Source: Candidatus Pacearchaeota archaeon
GTDB taxonomy: Archaea > Nanobdellota > Nanobdellia > Pacearchaeales > GW2011-AR1
Assembly (NCBI GenBank): GCA_050124795.1
Contig: JASFEO010000007.1
Coordinates: forward strand, 1-52,514
Direction: 5' to 3'
Length of the DNA: 52,514 nucleotides
Part shown: positions 37,563 to 47,990 of the stretch, one piece after another
Position numbering within the stretch: position 1 is the stretch's first letter
How the letters are laid out: each line of letters starts with the position of its first letter
The notes under the pieces: generated by a model
What the model was told of the DNA's origin: nothing
Database searches by the model: none
Seen by the model: the letters and a program-made list of their open reading frames with translations, nothing else
Translations under genes and position numbers: made by a program

Positions 37563-39452
37563 ATGAATATCTTGATAATTAAAACAGGCGCCTTGGGAGA
37601 TGTTCTCCGGTGCACGTTTATTGCACAGGCATTAAAAGAAAAATATAAAAAACAAAATCCCAAAATTTTCTGGCTAACTTCAAAAGAAGCAAAGCCATTC
37701 TTCCTTAACAATCCTTATGTGGATGAACTTTTTTTTAACCATGACGCAGACTTAAAAAAAATATCAAAAATAAAATTCGATTTAATTGTTAGTCTTGAGG
37801 AATCTTCTAAATTAGCAAAATTAACTTCGAATTTAAAGCCTAAAAAGATTCAGGGATTTTATCTAAAAAATGGGAAAGTTGTTTCTTCAAAATCTGCTGA
37901 AGAATGGTTTAATATGTCTGCAATTGGTCCGAAACCTGAAAATGATATTTTAAAAAAGAAAAATAAAAAAAACCATAATGAACTTATGTCGGATATAGTC
38001 GGAATCCCAAAAGAGAGGTATCTGCCTTTTTTGAGATTGACTAAAAAACAAAAAAATATTGCCAAATCTTTTATGGAAAAACATAATCTCCTGCGAACAG
38101 ATTTCATAGTCGGGATAAACACCGGGGCTGCAGACAGGTGGCCAAAATCACTTTCTATAAAAAAGACTGTAGAATTAATAGAAAAGATTTACAAAAAATT
38201 TAATGCAAAAATCCTTCTTTTTGGAGGTCCAAATGAGATCGAAAGAAATAAAGAAATAATTCAATTGGCAAATGCCCCGATAATTGATACCGGGTGCGGC
38301 AATAATCTTTATGAATTCCCTGCGTTGATAAGTTCCTGTAGTTTGTTCATCACCTCAGACAGTCTCGGTCTTCATATTGCTCTCGCCCTAAAGAGAAAAG
38401 TTATATGTCTTGTCGGGCCAACCTCTGCATCTGAACTTGGGATGTATGGTTTAGGGAAAAAAGTTATCTCAAAATCCAATTGCACCTGTTGCTATAAAGC
38501 TGATTGCAAAAGTATGGAAAAAATAAATGTAAAGGAGATAATTAAGTCTGTCTCTAATTTAACAAAACAAAAAATAACCTTTCTTATAACTGCATTTAAG
38601 GAGCCAAAAACAATTAGTGCATGCATAGAATCTGTATTAAACCAAAAAACAAGTAAAGAATATGAAATTTTGATTTCTGCTCCTGATGATGAAACTCTTA
38701 ATGCAGCAAAAAAATATAAGGATAAAAATATAAAAATATTCAGAGACCCGGGGCGAGGAAAAAGTTATGCGCTAAACCTAATTTTTTCCAAATTAAAAAC
38801 AGATATCTTAATCTTAACTGACGGGGATGTTTATGTTGGCGAAAATTCTGTTGAAAGTATTTCTAATCTTTTTTTAGATCCAGAAATTGGATGTGTATCT
38901 GGAAGACCTGTTCCTCAGGAAAATAAAAAAACAAAATACGGTTATTGGGCAAATTTTTTATTTGACTCTGCGCACAGATTAAGAAAGGCTGCTTTTTTGG
39001 ATAACAAATTCCTTGAATGCTCAGGATACCTTTTTGCATTTAGAAAATCTTTTATTAAAAAAATCCCTCTCGACGTAGCAGAGGATACAGTAATCCCTTA
39101 TCTCTTTTGGCAAAGAGGTTATTCAATAGGTTATGCAGAAGATGCAAAAGTTTATGTAAAAAATGTGGATAATCTCAAAGATTGGATAGACCAAAAAATT
39201 AGAACTTCAAAGGCCCATGAGACATTAGAAAGATATGTGGATACAAAGACTACTCCGAGGGTAAAATCTTTTAAAACTGAAAGCAAAGGAATAAACTGGT
39301 TATTAACATATCCAGATAGCTTTAAAGAATTCTTCTGGTCATTGCAATTAGCTTTTTCAAGATTTTATATGTGGGCAGTTGTTTTATTTCATACAAAATT
39401 TGCAAAGAAGAATTACACTGATGCATGGGAGAGAATTGAATCCACAAAATAA
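37563..39452 (+). CDS. GT9 (heptosyltransferase-like)-GT2 fusion
   Basis: ILIIKTGALGDVL, NPYVD, SDSLGLHIALAL..GPT; then TAFKE, GKSYALN, TDGD, AED; start moved to 37563. Confidence 0.88.
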   Translation: MNILIIKTGALGDVLRCTFIAQALKEKYKKQNPKIFWLTSKEAKPFFLNNPYVDELFFNHDADLKKISKIKFDLIVSLEESSKLAKLTSNLKPKKIQGFYLKNGKVVSSKSAEEWFNMSAIGPKPENDILKKKNKKNHNELMSDIVGIPKERYLPFLRLTKKQKNIAKSFMEKHNLLRTDFIVGINTGAADRWPKSLSIKKTVELIEKIYKKFNAKILLFGGPNEIERNKEIIQLANAPIIDTGCGNNLYEFPALISSCSLFITSDSLGLHIALALKRKVICLVGPTSASELGMYGLGKKVISKSNCTCCYKADCKSMEKINVKEIIKSVSNLTKQKITFLITAFKEPKTISACIESVLNQKTSKEYEILISAPDDETLNAAKKYKDKNIKIFRDPGRGKSYALNLIFSKLKTDILILTDGDVYVGENSVESISNLFLDPEIGCVSGRPVPQENKKTKYGYWANFLFDSAHRLRKAAFLDNKFLECSGYLFAFRKSFIKKIPLDVAEDTVIPYLFWQRGYSIGYAEDAKVYVKNVDNLKDWIDQKIRTSKAHETLERYVDTKTTPRVKSFKTESKGINWLLTYPDSFKEFFWSLQLAFSRFYMWAVVLFHTKFAKKNYTDAWERIESTK

Positions 39453-39545
39453 AACGCATAATCTTAGTCAAATCTTTTTTGCAATTTTAAAATTCTGTAT
39501 TTAGCAATACAAAACAAATAAAAACCAATTTTCTTTAATCAATTT

Positions 39546-41075
39546 ATGGAAGAATATTTATCTGAAAAAACTTTTGAAGAAAGAACTAAAAAAATAAAAA
39601 AGTGGTTTTCAAATAATTACAATCTAGCGCTTTTTTTAATTTTATTTTTTGCTTTTGCTATACGGCTTTATTATTTTTTTCAAACTCTTAATCAGCCTCT
39701 TTGGTGGGATGAAGCAGAATATATGCTTAAAGCAAAATCACTTTTTTTTGGCACTCCAACAACAGGCTGGGCTGCTCAAAGAGAAATTTTCGTTCCAGTA
39801 ATATGGGGTCTTTTGTATTCAATAATCCATTCTGAATTTCTCCCAAGACTGCTGCAGATTTTCGTTTCTCTTTCTGCAGTTTTATTAACTTATCTGGTTG
39901 GAGAGAAAATTTTCAATAAAAAAATAGGTCTTATTGCTGCATTTATCATGTCTGTAAACGCAGTTCATCTTTTTTTTACAGTAAGACTTTTAACTTATCT
40001 TTGGGCGCCTGCATTTTTTTTATTGTTCTTTTACTATTTTTGGAAAGGTTACGTTGAAAAAAAGGGAAACAAATATTTTTACTTTTCAGCAATAATCGCA
40101 GCAGTAGGAATTTCCATCTACGGGTCAATGGCCTTCGCAGTATTAATAGTTTTTTTATTTTTAATATTTACAGAACAGCATAAATTTTTATTCAAAAAAG
40201 AAATCTGGATTGCTGCAATCATCGGGCTTGTTGCATTGATTCCGCAGTTTTTATATAATTATTTTTCCTATGGAAATCTGGCTTCGCGTTGGACTGCATT
40301 CGCTAAGAACGCAGGGGCAGTAAAACATCCTGAACAAATTTTGAGTTACTTTAAAATGTTCCCGCATTTTTTCGGAGACACTTTTGTAATCCTCATTGTT
40401 GCGGGGGGATTGACATCATTATTTTTAATTTTCATTTCATTTGATTTTATATTAAAAAACAAAGACAAAAAACTTAATGCCTATCTTTTTGTTTCTCTTT
40501 GGGCGTTGGTTGTTTTAATATTCTATACCTATGCAGCTTATTCAGGTGAAGCAGTTTATGATGCATTTGTCATGCCTGCCTTCCCCGCTTTGAGTTTAAT
40601 TGCAGCAAGCGGAATTACTTTATCCTATAAATTTTTAATGAATAAAAAAATTGCTACATTTATCATAATTTTAATTTTGGCATTAGGGGGTTTTTTTCAA
40701 ATTTCTTATGCCGATAATTTAATCAAAAATAAAATAACTTCTTTTGATGCTGTCGCAAAAGCAGGACTTTGGATTAAAGCAAATTCATCTCCTGACGCAA
40801 TTATAATCTCGCAAAGCACACCGCAAAATACTTATTACAGCGAAAGAGAAACTTATGGAATAGCGAACTCCTCAGAAAATATGATTTTGAAGTTCAAAGA
40901 CCTGAAGCCTTCTTATTATATTGCTTCAATATTTGAAAATTATCTGGATTATGGACTTAATCTCCCGAATGAAAATAAAGATATCTTTACGCCTGTTCAG
41001 GTATATTATGCTGATGCGCAAAAAAAACAACCCTCCTTAATTATCTATTCTGTAAATTCTTCAAACTTTGACTAA
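39546..41075 (+). CDS. GT-C glycosyltransferase (PMT/ArnT-like)
   Basis: LWWDEAEY after the first transmembrane segment; multi-pass membrane protein. Confidence 0.85.
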   Translation: MEEYLSEKTFEERTKKIKKWFSNNYNLALFLILFFAFAIRLYYFFQTLNQPLWWDEAEYMLKAKSLFFGTPTTGWAAQREIFVPVIWGLLYSIIHSEFLPRLLQIFVSLSAVLLTYLVGEKIFNKKIGLIAAFIMSVNAVHLFFTVRLLTYLWAPAFFLLFFYYFWKGYVEKKGNKYFYFSAIIAAVGISIYGSMAFAVLIVFLFLIFTEQHKFLFKKEIWIAAIIGLVALIPQFLYNYFSYGNLASRWTAFAKNAGAVKHPEQILSYFKMFPHFFGDTFVILIVAGGLTSLFLIFISFDFILKNKDKKLNAYLFVSLWALVVLIFYTYAAYSGEAVYDAFVMPAFPALSLIAASGITLSYKFLMNKKIATFIIILILALGGFFQISYADNLIKNKITSFDAVAKAGLWIKANSSPDAIIISQSTPQNTYYSERETYGIANSSENMILKFKDLKPSYYIASIFENYLDYGLNLPNENKDIFTPVQVYYADAQKKQPSLIIYSVNSSNFD

Positions 41076-41837
41076 CTTATATGCAGCCCCATTATAGTAT
41101 TTTTTATTCAGTCCAAATATATCTTCCATAAAGCTGCTTAGATAAAGTGGATAAAACAATAACCCGAGGAGAATTTTATTTTTGTATATCTTTTCATTTA
41201 TCTCAAATGCCTTCTCAACAATCTTTCCTGAGTATGGTTTCACTTCTTTTATTTTAAGATTGTTTTCTTCAGCCAATATTTTAATATCTTTAATCCTATA
41301 GCCAATTCTCTCGTGGCCATATTTTTTTTGATTTTTTAAATTTTGTCTTGATACAGAAGGAACAGTTAAACATAGTATCCCGCTTTTTTTCAGGACTTTT
41401 GTTATTTCCTGAAATGCTTTTTTATCTTTTTTAATATGTTCCAAAACATCAGAGCAAATTATGAAATCAAAACTATTGTCTGGAAAAGATAAATTAGTTA
41501 AATCTTCAACAGAGAGTTTTAAGCCTTTAGTCTCTTGTTTTAAAAAATTAATTCTTTCAGGATTAATATCTGTTGAATAAACTTCAAAATTTCTTTTCTT
41601 TAATTCCAATGAATGAAGCCCGTATCCGCAGCCCGCATCAAGGACTTTTTTTCCAAAACTTTTTTTAGGTAGAAACGAAAAAATCCTTTTTGCACGTATT
41701 CTTGATTCTATATGCGGAAGACCGATAATCTTGAATGCAAGTCTTGTCAGAAAATTGTTTTTTAATTTAAATTTTACCCCGTCTGCAGAATCTATATCTA
41801 TTTCATCAAATTCTGCTAATGCTGATCCATGGAACAT
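41061..41837 (-). CDS. class I SAM-dependent methyltransferase
   Basis: VLDAGCGYG, SFDFIICSDVLEH. Confidence 0.9.
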   Translation of the reverse strand: MFHGSALAEFDEIDIDSADGVKFKLKNNFLTRLAFKIIGLPHIESRIRAKRIFSFLPKKSFGKKVLDAGCGYGLHSLELKKRNFEVYSTDINPERINFLKQETKGLKLSVEDLTNLSFPDNSFDFIICSDVLEHIKKDKKAFQEITKVLKKSGILCLTVPSVSRQNLKNQKKYGHERIGYRIKDIKILAEENNLKIKEVKPYSGKIVEKAFEINEKIYKNKILLGLLFYPLYLSSFMEDIFGLNKKYYNGAAYKLVKV

Positions 41838-41932
41838 TTTCAAGAAAACTTTTTCTTTCTTTTAAATATTTATATTCTAAAATTATTAAATACACTATAA
41901 ATATTTATAAAGCCTTTTTTTCTCCTCAAAAA

Positions 41933-42655
41933 ATGAAACTCTCTGTGATTATACCTGCATATAATGAGGAGAAAAGAATTGAAGAAACATTAAGAGATGT
42001 GAACCAGTATTTATCTAAAAAAGATTTTTCTTATGAAATGATTGTTGTAAACGATGGTTCAACAGATAACACAAAGCAGATAGTTGAATCCTTCTGTGAT
42101 AAAATCCCAAATATGATGTTTATTGATAACAAAATTAATTCTGGCAAAGGCTCAGCAGTTAAACAAGGAATGCTTGCTGCATCTGGTGATTACAGATTAT
42201 TCATGGATGCAGACAATGCAATAAAAATAAATCATCTTGAGAAATTTCTGGCTGTAATAAATGATTATGATTTGGTTATAGGTTCAATTGAACTTCCTGG
42301 TTCTAAAAAATGGCAGGAGTACAAAGGACTTAATAAAATTTATAGAAATCTTTTTGGGAAGCTCTCAAAATATCTGATTCAGGTAGTGAACTTATGGGAA
42401 ATTAGGGATACTCAAAGAGCATTTAAATTATTCAGAAAAGATGCTGCTAAAGAGATTTTTTCAAGACAAACAATAGACCGTTGGGGATTTGATATAGAGC
42501 TTCTCGTAATCGCAAAAAAATTAGGTTACAAAATAAAAGAACTTCCTGTTGAATGGATAAATCCTTCGGGGAGAGTAAATTTCAAAAGTTTTCTAAATAC
42601 CTTTTTGGAGCTTTTTGAGATAAAAGTTAATTCTTTTTCAGGGAAATATAAATAA
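41933..42655 (+). CDS. GT2, dolichyl-phosphate beta-glucosyltransferase-like
   Basis: PAYNEE, NDGSTD, GKG, FMDAD, DTQ..FKLF, WGFDIE; start moved to 41933. Confidence 0.92.
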   Translation: MKLSVIIPAYNEEKRIEETLRDVNQYLSKKDFSYEMIVVNDGSTDNTKQIVESFCDKIPNMMFIDNKINSGKGSAVKQGMLAASGDYRLFMDADNAIKINHLEKFLAVINDYDLVIGSIELPGSKKWQEYKGLNKIYRNLFGKLSKYLIQVVNLWEIRDTQRAFKLFRKDAAKEIFSRQTIDRWGFDIELLVIAKKLGYKIKELPVEWINPSGRVNFKSFLNTFLELFEIKVNSFSGKYK

Positions 42656-43083
42656 TCACTTTTTTTGAACGCCCAAAATAAAGAACCAAAAAAAGCTATT
42701 GGAATTGAAATTAATATCCCTGAGAAAAATGCAATATTTGCATTCAGGGAAGTCTCCCCGAGAAAACCCAGCACCAACCTTGCAAGATTAATCCTTATCA
42801 AAAATGCAATCCCGTAAACACTTAGCCATTTTACTATCTGATTTTTTAGGGAATATCCTCTTGCAGAAAAAGTTATATTCCTGTTTACACTAAAATTAAA
42901 AATCATCGAGATTATCCACGACATTGTATTGGCGATTACAAAAGTCACACCAAACTTATAAAATAAATTAAAAAAAGACCAGTCAATTGCAAATGCGCTT
43001 ACACCAACAAAACAGAAAAACAAAAATCTAAAATATTTTTTATGCTTAATAAAAAAAGAATGTTTTTTTATTTTATTTATCAT
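42526..43083 (-). CDS. GtrA-family lipid-linked sugar flippase
   Basis: FCFVG, FNFSVNRNITF, WAF; four transmembrane segments. Confidence 0.88.
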   Translation of the reverse strand: MINKIKKHSFFIKHKKYFRFLFFCFVGVSAFAIDWSFFNLFYKFGVTFVIANTMSWIISMIFNFSVNRNITFSARGYSLKNQIVKWLSVYGIAFLIRINLARLVLGFLGETSLNANIAFFSGILISIPIAFFGSLFWAFKKSDYLYFPEKELTFISKSSKKVFRKLLKFTLPEGFIHSTGSSFIL

Positions 43084-43084
43084 T

Positions 43085-44080
43085 TTAAAATATAGTCCCT
43101 CTAAAAATTACAAGCCCCAAAATAATAATCATAACTTGAAAAGAATTTATTAAATAAACAACTTCTGCTTCATATGCCTTGTGACTTTTTTTAAATCTCT
43201 TTAGCAAATAAACTGCGATATGTTCAAGCCCATAGAACTTTTTATAAGGGACTTCTAAACTTCCATCGCTATTTAATTTTGCAAAACTTTGTTTTTCTAA
43301 TTTTCCTCTTAGTTTTAACCCTGTCTCAATTATATATGGAATAAAAAAGAAGATAGCAATTTTTTCAATATTTCCTAAAATTGCAATTGTTGCAATCAAT
43401 GCGCCGATTGAATAAGTCAAAACATCACCTGGAAAAATCTTTGCGGGGGTTTTATTAAAAATTAAAAATGCAAATAAGCATGAAACCATTATAAACGCAA
43501 TAAATGCAAGCCAATTGTTTTCCATAATTCTTGCAATTATTGCAAGACTTGTTAAAATTATAATCCCCTGGCTTGCTTCAAGCCCATTGTATCCTGCCAG
43601 GAAATTAAACGTGGCAGTTGCGCCGACAATTCCAATTGGAATGAAAACTAATGGATAAAGTAAACCAATTTTAACCCCAAAGATTATTGATTCTCCTGCG
43701 TTAATAACCACAAGGGGAATTGATGCAAAAATTAAAAATAAAATTCTTGTTCTTTTTGTTAAACCAATCTTCCACCCTAAAATGTCGTCGATAATTCCAA
43801 TAAATGAAACAATCATTACAACTGAAAGCAGGGCGAACATTTCAACAAATTGATTCATGTCATGAAAATAAAAAGTTTTTAATGCAATATAACTTAAAAT
43901 TCCGAGAACAAAACCAAACAAAACACAAACCCCCCCCGCCTCGCTTACTTTTACTTTCTCGTTTTTATGGATATCCTTGCCGACAAGTCCGACATCTTTT
44001 GCTCTGCGAATCCAAATCGGAGTAAAAAACAATGTCAGAAAAAAACCAACTAAAAGAGATATCACCAATATTAATTCCAT
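43085..44080 (-). CDS. aglH: UDP-GlcNAc:polyprenol/dolichol-phosphate GlcNAc-1-phosphotransferase (AglH/Alg7-like)
   Basis: GKDIHK..EAGG, GIIDD, NFLAGYNGLE, PAKIFPGD. Confidence 0.9.
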   Translation of the reverse strand: MELILVISLLVGFFLTLFFTPIWIRRAKDVGLVGKDIHKNEKVKVSEAGGVCVLFGFVLGILSYIALKTFYFHDMNQFVEMFALLSVVMIVSFIGIIDDILGWKIGLTKRTRILFLIFASIPLVVINAGESIIFGVKIGLLYPLVFIPIGIVGATATFNFLAGYNGLEASQGIIILTSLAIIARIMENNWLAFIAFIMVSCLFAFLIFNKTPAKIFPGDVLTYSIGALIATIAILGNIEKIAIFFFIPYIIETGLKLRGKLEKQSFAKLNSDGSLEVPYKKFYGLEHIAVYLLKRFKKSHKAYEAEVVYLINSFQVMIIILGLVIFRGTIF

Positions 44081-44130
44081 TATTTAAATAGATAAATTAG
44101 ATTTTTAAACATTGCCGAAGTTAAATCCAT

Positions 44131-46860
44131 CTACAATTGCCATTCTAAATATTTATTCGCGTTTTTATCAATATACTCTTCTTTAATTTCTTCTTCACCA
44201 GTATATTCAATTTCCCAGATTTTTATTGGTCCCTGCAAACCTTGATAATAAACAAAATCAGGCATTGTCAAACCCTGGGAATTCATGCTTTCGATAATTA
44301 AATTTTGTTCTGTATGCGCTAACTTAAAATTAGGAAAATTGTTAAACGGATCGTCCAATAAATAAACCTGCGCAAACAATCCTCTTAAATCTCTTTCAGA
44401 AATAAATAAAATTGCTCCGAGTCTGTTTACACTATTTGTATTAACATTTGGGATAATTTTTGCGCATGCTTCAACACCCTCGCCAAAATCAATCATTCTG
44501 TCTTCTACATAAAGGTATCTCAAATCAATTTTGTGTTGCTGATTATTGGAAACAATAATTGCATAAGGCTGCTCAAAATTTGTTTGGTTATTCTTGTTTT
44601 GAATTGGAACAATTATTGCTCCAACACCTGAACTTTTTGAAGGGAGCAAAATCTCTTTTTCCCCTTCTTTAATAACTAAATCCTCATCAAGAGCAATTCC
44701 CCCCCTATAAAAATAAATTGTTTCATTATTTGTTTCTTGTGTCTGGGTTTCATCAATTAAAAAAGTTCCAAACCATGAGTACCTGTCATAATTTTCATCA
44801 CTTCCTATAATTGAAAACGCCCCGTACTTTCCGATATCTGAAGAATCAATTAAAAGATGTGTTGCATTATGGTTATATAAAAATTCTAAGGAATCATGTT
44901 GATTATTTCCTGTTAATACTAGTCTTCCCATTAAATAATTCCAGTATGTAATTGCATTTCCCCCATCAACAACTGTTGCGCGCTCTCCAATACTCTGAAC
45001 CCAATAGCCATAATCCCACCAGTGACCAAACACCGCATTTTCAGGAGTTTCATTTCTTACCCATTCCATTGCTTTTTGCCATTGCTGATTATAATAACTC
45101 GGAACAAAGTTATATGCCTGAGCCTTTACATTTGTATAATAGTAGTTAAATGAAAAAATGCCTGCAATTAAAATCAAAACTGCAAAAACTCCAAACATCC
45201 ATTTTTTTGTTTCATCTTTTGTTTTTAGAAATTTTGAACATATTTCTTCAATCAAAAATCCAACAAAAATCGGTGCGACAACTGCCAGAACCATTACAAG
45301 TCTTACCGCTCCTCTTGCTGAGAAAACCGTCAATAAGAATAATGCAATCAACAAGATAAATTCATAATCTATTTTTTTGAATCTCTCATCCCCTTTTTTG
45401 TAATATTCAATATAATAGTAAACAAGATATCCTGCAAAGACAATCGCCGAGATATAATAAAATGCTTTACTTATGAAATTCTCTCCATTAAATAATCCTG
45501 AAGAAGAATATCTTGAAAAGATCATTCCTGAGAGGAAAAATAAAAACCATCCAGTCAAAATCCATGATTCCTTTTTCTTTATTTTGTTTGTCATCTTTTT
45601 AAATAATACAATTGAACCGATAAAAAACATCCAGAAAAATAATGGAATACTCTTTACAAATGGTCCGAAATTTTGGACCCATTCCTTAAAATCCGGCTGT
45701 CTATTTTCTGCAACAGTTGTATTCCATCTTCCCTGAATTGGTTTGAATATTTTCTGGTGAATTGAAATCCCCTGATCAATTATAAATGAAGGACCAAAAA
45801 CAAGGGAGGACAAAATAAGGATTAAAATAAAAGCCACAATAATTGAAAAAATATTTTTTGGGATTTTTGTTTTTCTTAATAAATTAATTTTAGATAATTT
45901 TGTATTCCATAAAATAAAATGTACAGCAAAAATAAAAACCGCTATAAAGGCAGGAGCAGTGCTTAATGAAGATAAAAGCCCTGTAAAAGTGAATCTATTG
46001 GAAAATACAGTTATTACAGTAAATGAAGTAAAGAGCCATGCCAGGTAAATCAAAAATTCTTTTTTCCCAATCTTGTTAAAGATAAATGCAATAATCCCCG
46101 CCCCCCCGATAGGGATGAAAACATAAAGAAGGCCCCCCCAGATTAATCCAAGACATGCAGCGCTGACACCTGACAATATGGAAAGCGTGATTGCAGTTCC
46201 CAATCTTTTGCTTTTCCATCCTTTTAAGAAAAGATAAAGCGCAAAAAACATAAAGAAAAAACCTGCAGATTCCTTTTCAGGAATCCCCGCAACAGTTCTT
46301 GATAAAAATGATGGAACCACAATCATAAAAAATGTTGAAATAAGCGCAATTATATTTGACTTAATTTGGCTCTCTTTACTTTCTCTCACAAATATTTCCC
46401 TTACAAATAAAAAGAAAGCAATTACGGTAAAAGCAAACATTATCACCGGAAAAATCACAGCTGCAAATTCAACATTTGGTGCAGCCCCAAAAGAATTTAA
46501 AATTTTGTAAGTCCATACAATCATATGCGGCAAAAGAGTTGTTTCTGTTGTTGTATCAAAACCTAACGGAACATTTCTTAAAGTATCTATCCTCGGCAAA
46601 AATCCGTTCTCAACAATTGTTTTTGCATAACGCGTGAAAAGCCACGGATCTAAATCAGGTCCCAGTGTCCATGTGTTTGTTGTTATATCCCATAATCCAG
46701 GATTTCCTCCATGATCCTGCATAGGCAAACTTCGAATGTAAATTCCAAGAATTATCGCGATTATTAAAATAGCAAAAACCCAAATTTGTTTATTGCGAAA
46801 AAAATTAAATACCTTCTTTTTTCGCTCTTCTAAATTAAGTTCTTCTGAAAAATCCTCCAT
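44131..46860 (-). CDS. aglB: oligosaccharyltransferase AglB (STT3)
   Basis: DLDP, TVAE, WWDYG, DIGK; N-terminal membrane domain. Confidence 0.96.
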   Translation of the reverse strand: MEDFSEELNLEERKKKVFNFFRNKQIWVFAILIIAIILGIYIRSLPMQDHGGNPGLWDITTNTWTLGPDLDPWLFTRYAKTIVENGFLPRIDTLRNVPLGFDTTTETTLLPHMIVWTYKILNSFGAAPNVEFAAVIFPVIMFAFTVIAFFLFVREIFVRESKESQIKSNIIALISTFFMIVVPSFLSRTVAGIPEKESAGFFFMFFALYLFLKGWKSKRLGTAITLSILSGVSAACLGLIWGGLLYVFIPIGGAGIIAFIFNKIGKKEFLIYLAWLFTSFTVITVFSNRFTFTGLLSSLSTAPAFIAVFIFAVHFILWNTKLSKINLLRKTKIPKNIFSIIVAFILILILSSLVFGPSFIIDQGISIHQKIFKPIQGRWNTTVAENRQPDFKEWVQNFGPFVKSIPLFFWMFFIGSIVLFKKMTNKIKKKESWILTGWFLFFLSGMIFSRYSSSGLFNGENFISKAFYYISAIVFAGYLVYYYIEYYKKGDERFKKIDYEFILLIALFLLTVFSARGAVRLVMVLAVVAPIFVGFLIEEICSKFLKTKDETKKWMFGVFAVLILIAGIFSFNYYYTNVKAQAYNFVPSYYNQQWQKAMEWVRNETPENAVFGHWWDYGYWVQSIGERATVVDGGNAITYWNYLMGRLVLTGNNQHDSLEFLYNHNATHLLIDSSDIGKYGAFSIIGSDENYDRYSWFGTFLIDETQTQETNNETIYFYRGGIALDEDLVIKEGEKEILLPSKSSGVGAIIVPIQNKNNQTNFEQPYAIIVSNNQQHKIDLRYLYVEDRMIDFGEGVEACAKIIPNVNTNSVNRLGAILFISERDLRGLFAQVYLLDDPFNNFPNFKLAHTEQNLIIESMNSQGLTMPDFVYYQGLQGPIKIWEIEYTGEEEIKEEYIDKNANKYLEWQL

Positions 46861-46861
46861 T

Positions 46862-46996
46862 TTATCCATCAATTAAATCCTGCGCATTAGGCTCTTTTAC
46901 AATTCCTTCTTTCCCGCAATAAGGGCATTTTCTCGGGACATTTTCAATTTTCCCCTCGAATTTATAATGGCATTCTTCACAGACAAATTTAACCAT
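46862..46996 (-). CDS. 44-aa zinc-ribbon protein (not in the ORF track)
   Basis: MVKFVCEECHYKFEGKIENVPRKCPYCGKEGIVKEPNAQDLIDG*; TAAAATG-coupled to aglB. Confidence 0.8.
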   Translation of the reverse strand: MVKFVCEECHYKFEGKIENVPRKCPYCGKEGIVKEPNAQDLIDG

Positions 46997-47043
46997 GCAT
47001 AATTTAAAAAATATTCTTATTTAAATGTTTACTAAATGCGAAA

Positions 47044-47904
47044 TTACCCAAAAAATAGCGGAGTTAAATAAACTTCCATTGCCGCTGCTAAAACCAAAAT
47101 TACAATCGCAATAAATAATAAGATAACTGTGTTCTCAATTATTCTTAAGAATTTCCCGTCTTTAAATCCGTGGCGCATTACACCAACACCAAAAATTCCT
47201 CCTGCAAGTGCAGTTATAAAATAAGCAGTAATTTCAGGAAAACCATGAATCATATATCTTAAAATTCCAAATGGGATTTCTGTTATTTTGTATCTTGTGA
47301 AAATTCCAATTGCTGAAGCAATCACACTTGCATTCCAAATTAAAACAAAAATCGCACCTGCTCCAAAAATCAATGAAAACAAAAGAGTAAAAATCATAAC
47401 ATAAACATTATTTTCTAAAATTGACAAAAACCTCGCCTCTTTTGTTGCAGAACCTGTTGCTGTTTGAAAATTAGTAAAATCATGTTGAGCCACGCAGTCT
47501 TCAATATTGCCAGGGCTATTTATCATGCAGTAGGTTTCTATTTGAAAATTAAGTAAATTCGAATTTTGTAAAATCATAAACCAAAAACTAAAAGCAATTA
47601 TAAATCCTAAGAACAACCACATAAATCCATAGATAGCGTCGCTGTGAGTCTTCCAAACTCCAAAAAACCCCTCAATTTCTTCATCTTCAACTTCTTCTTG
47701 CTTTATCATAAAATAAATATAGGGCAAACTAAACATGACGCAAAATAAAACAACAAGCATTCCAGAGGCATTTGACAAAACAGGGTCGCTTCCAAAAAAC
47801 CAGTGAACTAAAATCAAAGATAATGATGCATAAATAAGGCCTACAAAAAACATTTTCCACGGCCCAGCCTCTGCACTCTTAGGATTTATTATCGCCTCTA
47901 ACAT
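47044..47904 (-). CDS. SpoIIM/DUF95-family membrane protein
   Basis: ILENN, WNA, HGFPE..AY, AAAME. Confidence 0.85.
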   Translation of the reverse strand: MLEAIINPKSAEAGPWKMFFVGLIYASLSLILVHWFFGSDPVLSNASGMLVVLFCVMFSLPYIYFMIKQEEVEDEEIEGFFGVWKTHSDAIYGFMWLFLGFIIAFSFWFMILQNSNLLNFQIETYCMINSPGNIEDCVAQHDFTNFQTATGSATKEARFLSILENNVYVMIFTLLFSLIFGAGAIFVLIWNASVIASAIGIFTRYKITEIPFGILRYMIHGFPEITAYFITALAGGIFGVGVMRHGFKDGKFLRIIENTVILLFIAIVILVLAAAMEVYLTPLFFG

Positions 47905-47990
47905 AATTAATATAGGAATAAGGATTTTTTAAAATGTTTGTTTATTCTCATCACATAAATCTTTAAATAATACTAAACCTAATTTTTATT

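Noticed and set aside
10904-46139. G/C7-9 homopolymers in glycan genes as contingency loci (e.g. 25987, 29983, 43930)
   Set aside because: All are in frame, mostly Gly-Gly or Pro-Pro codons, and similar tracts occur in rps4 and aglB
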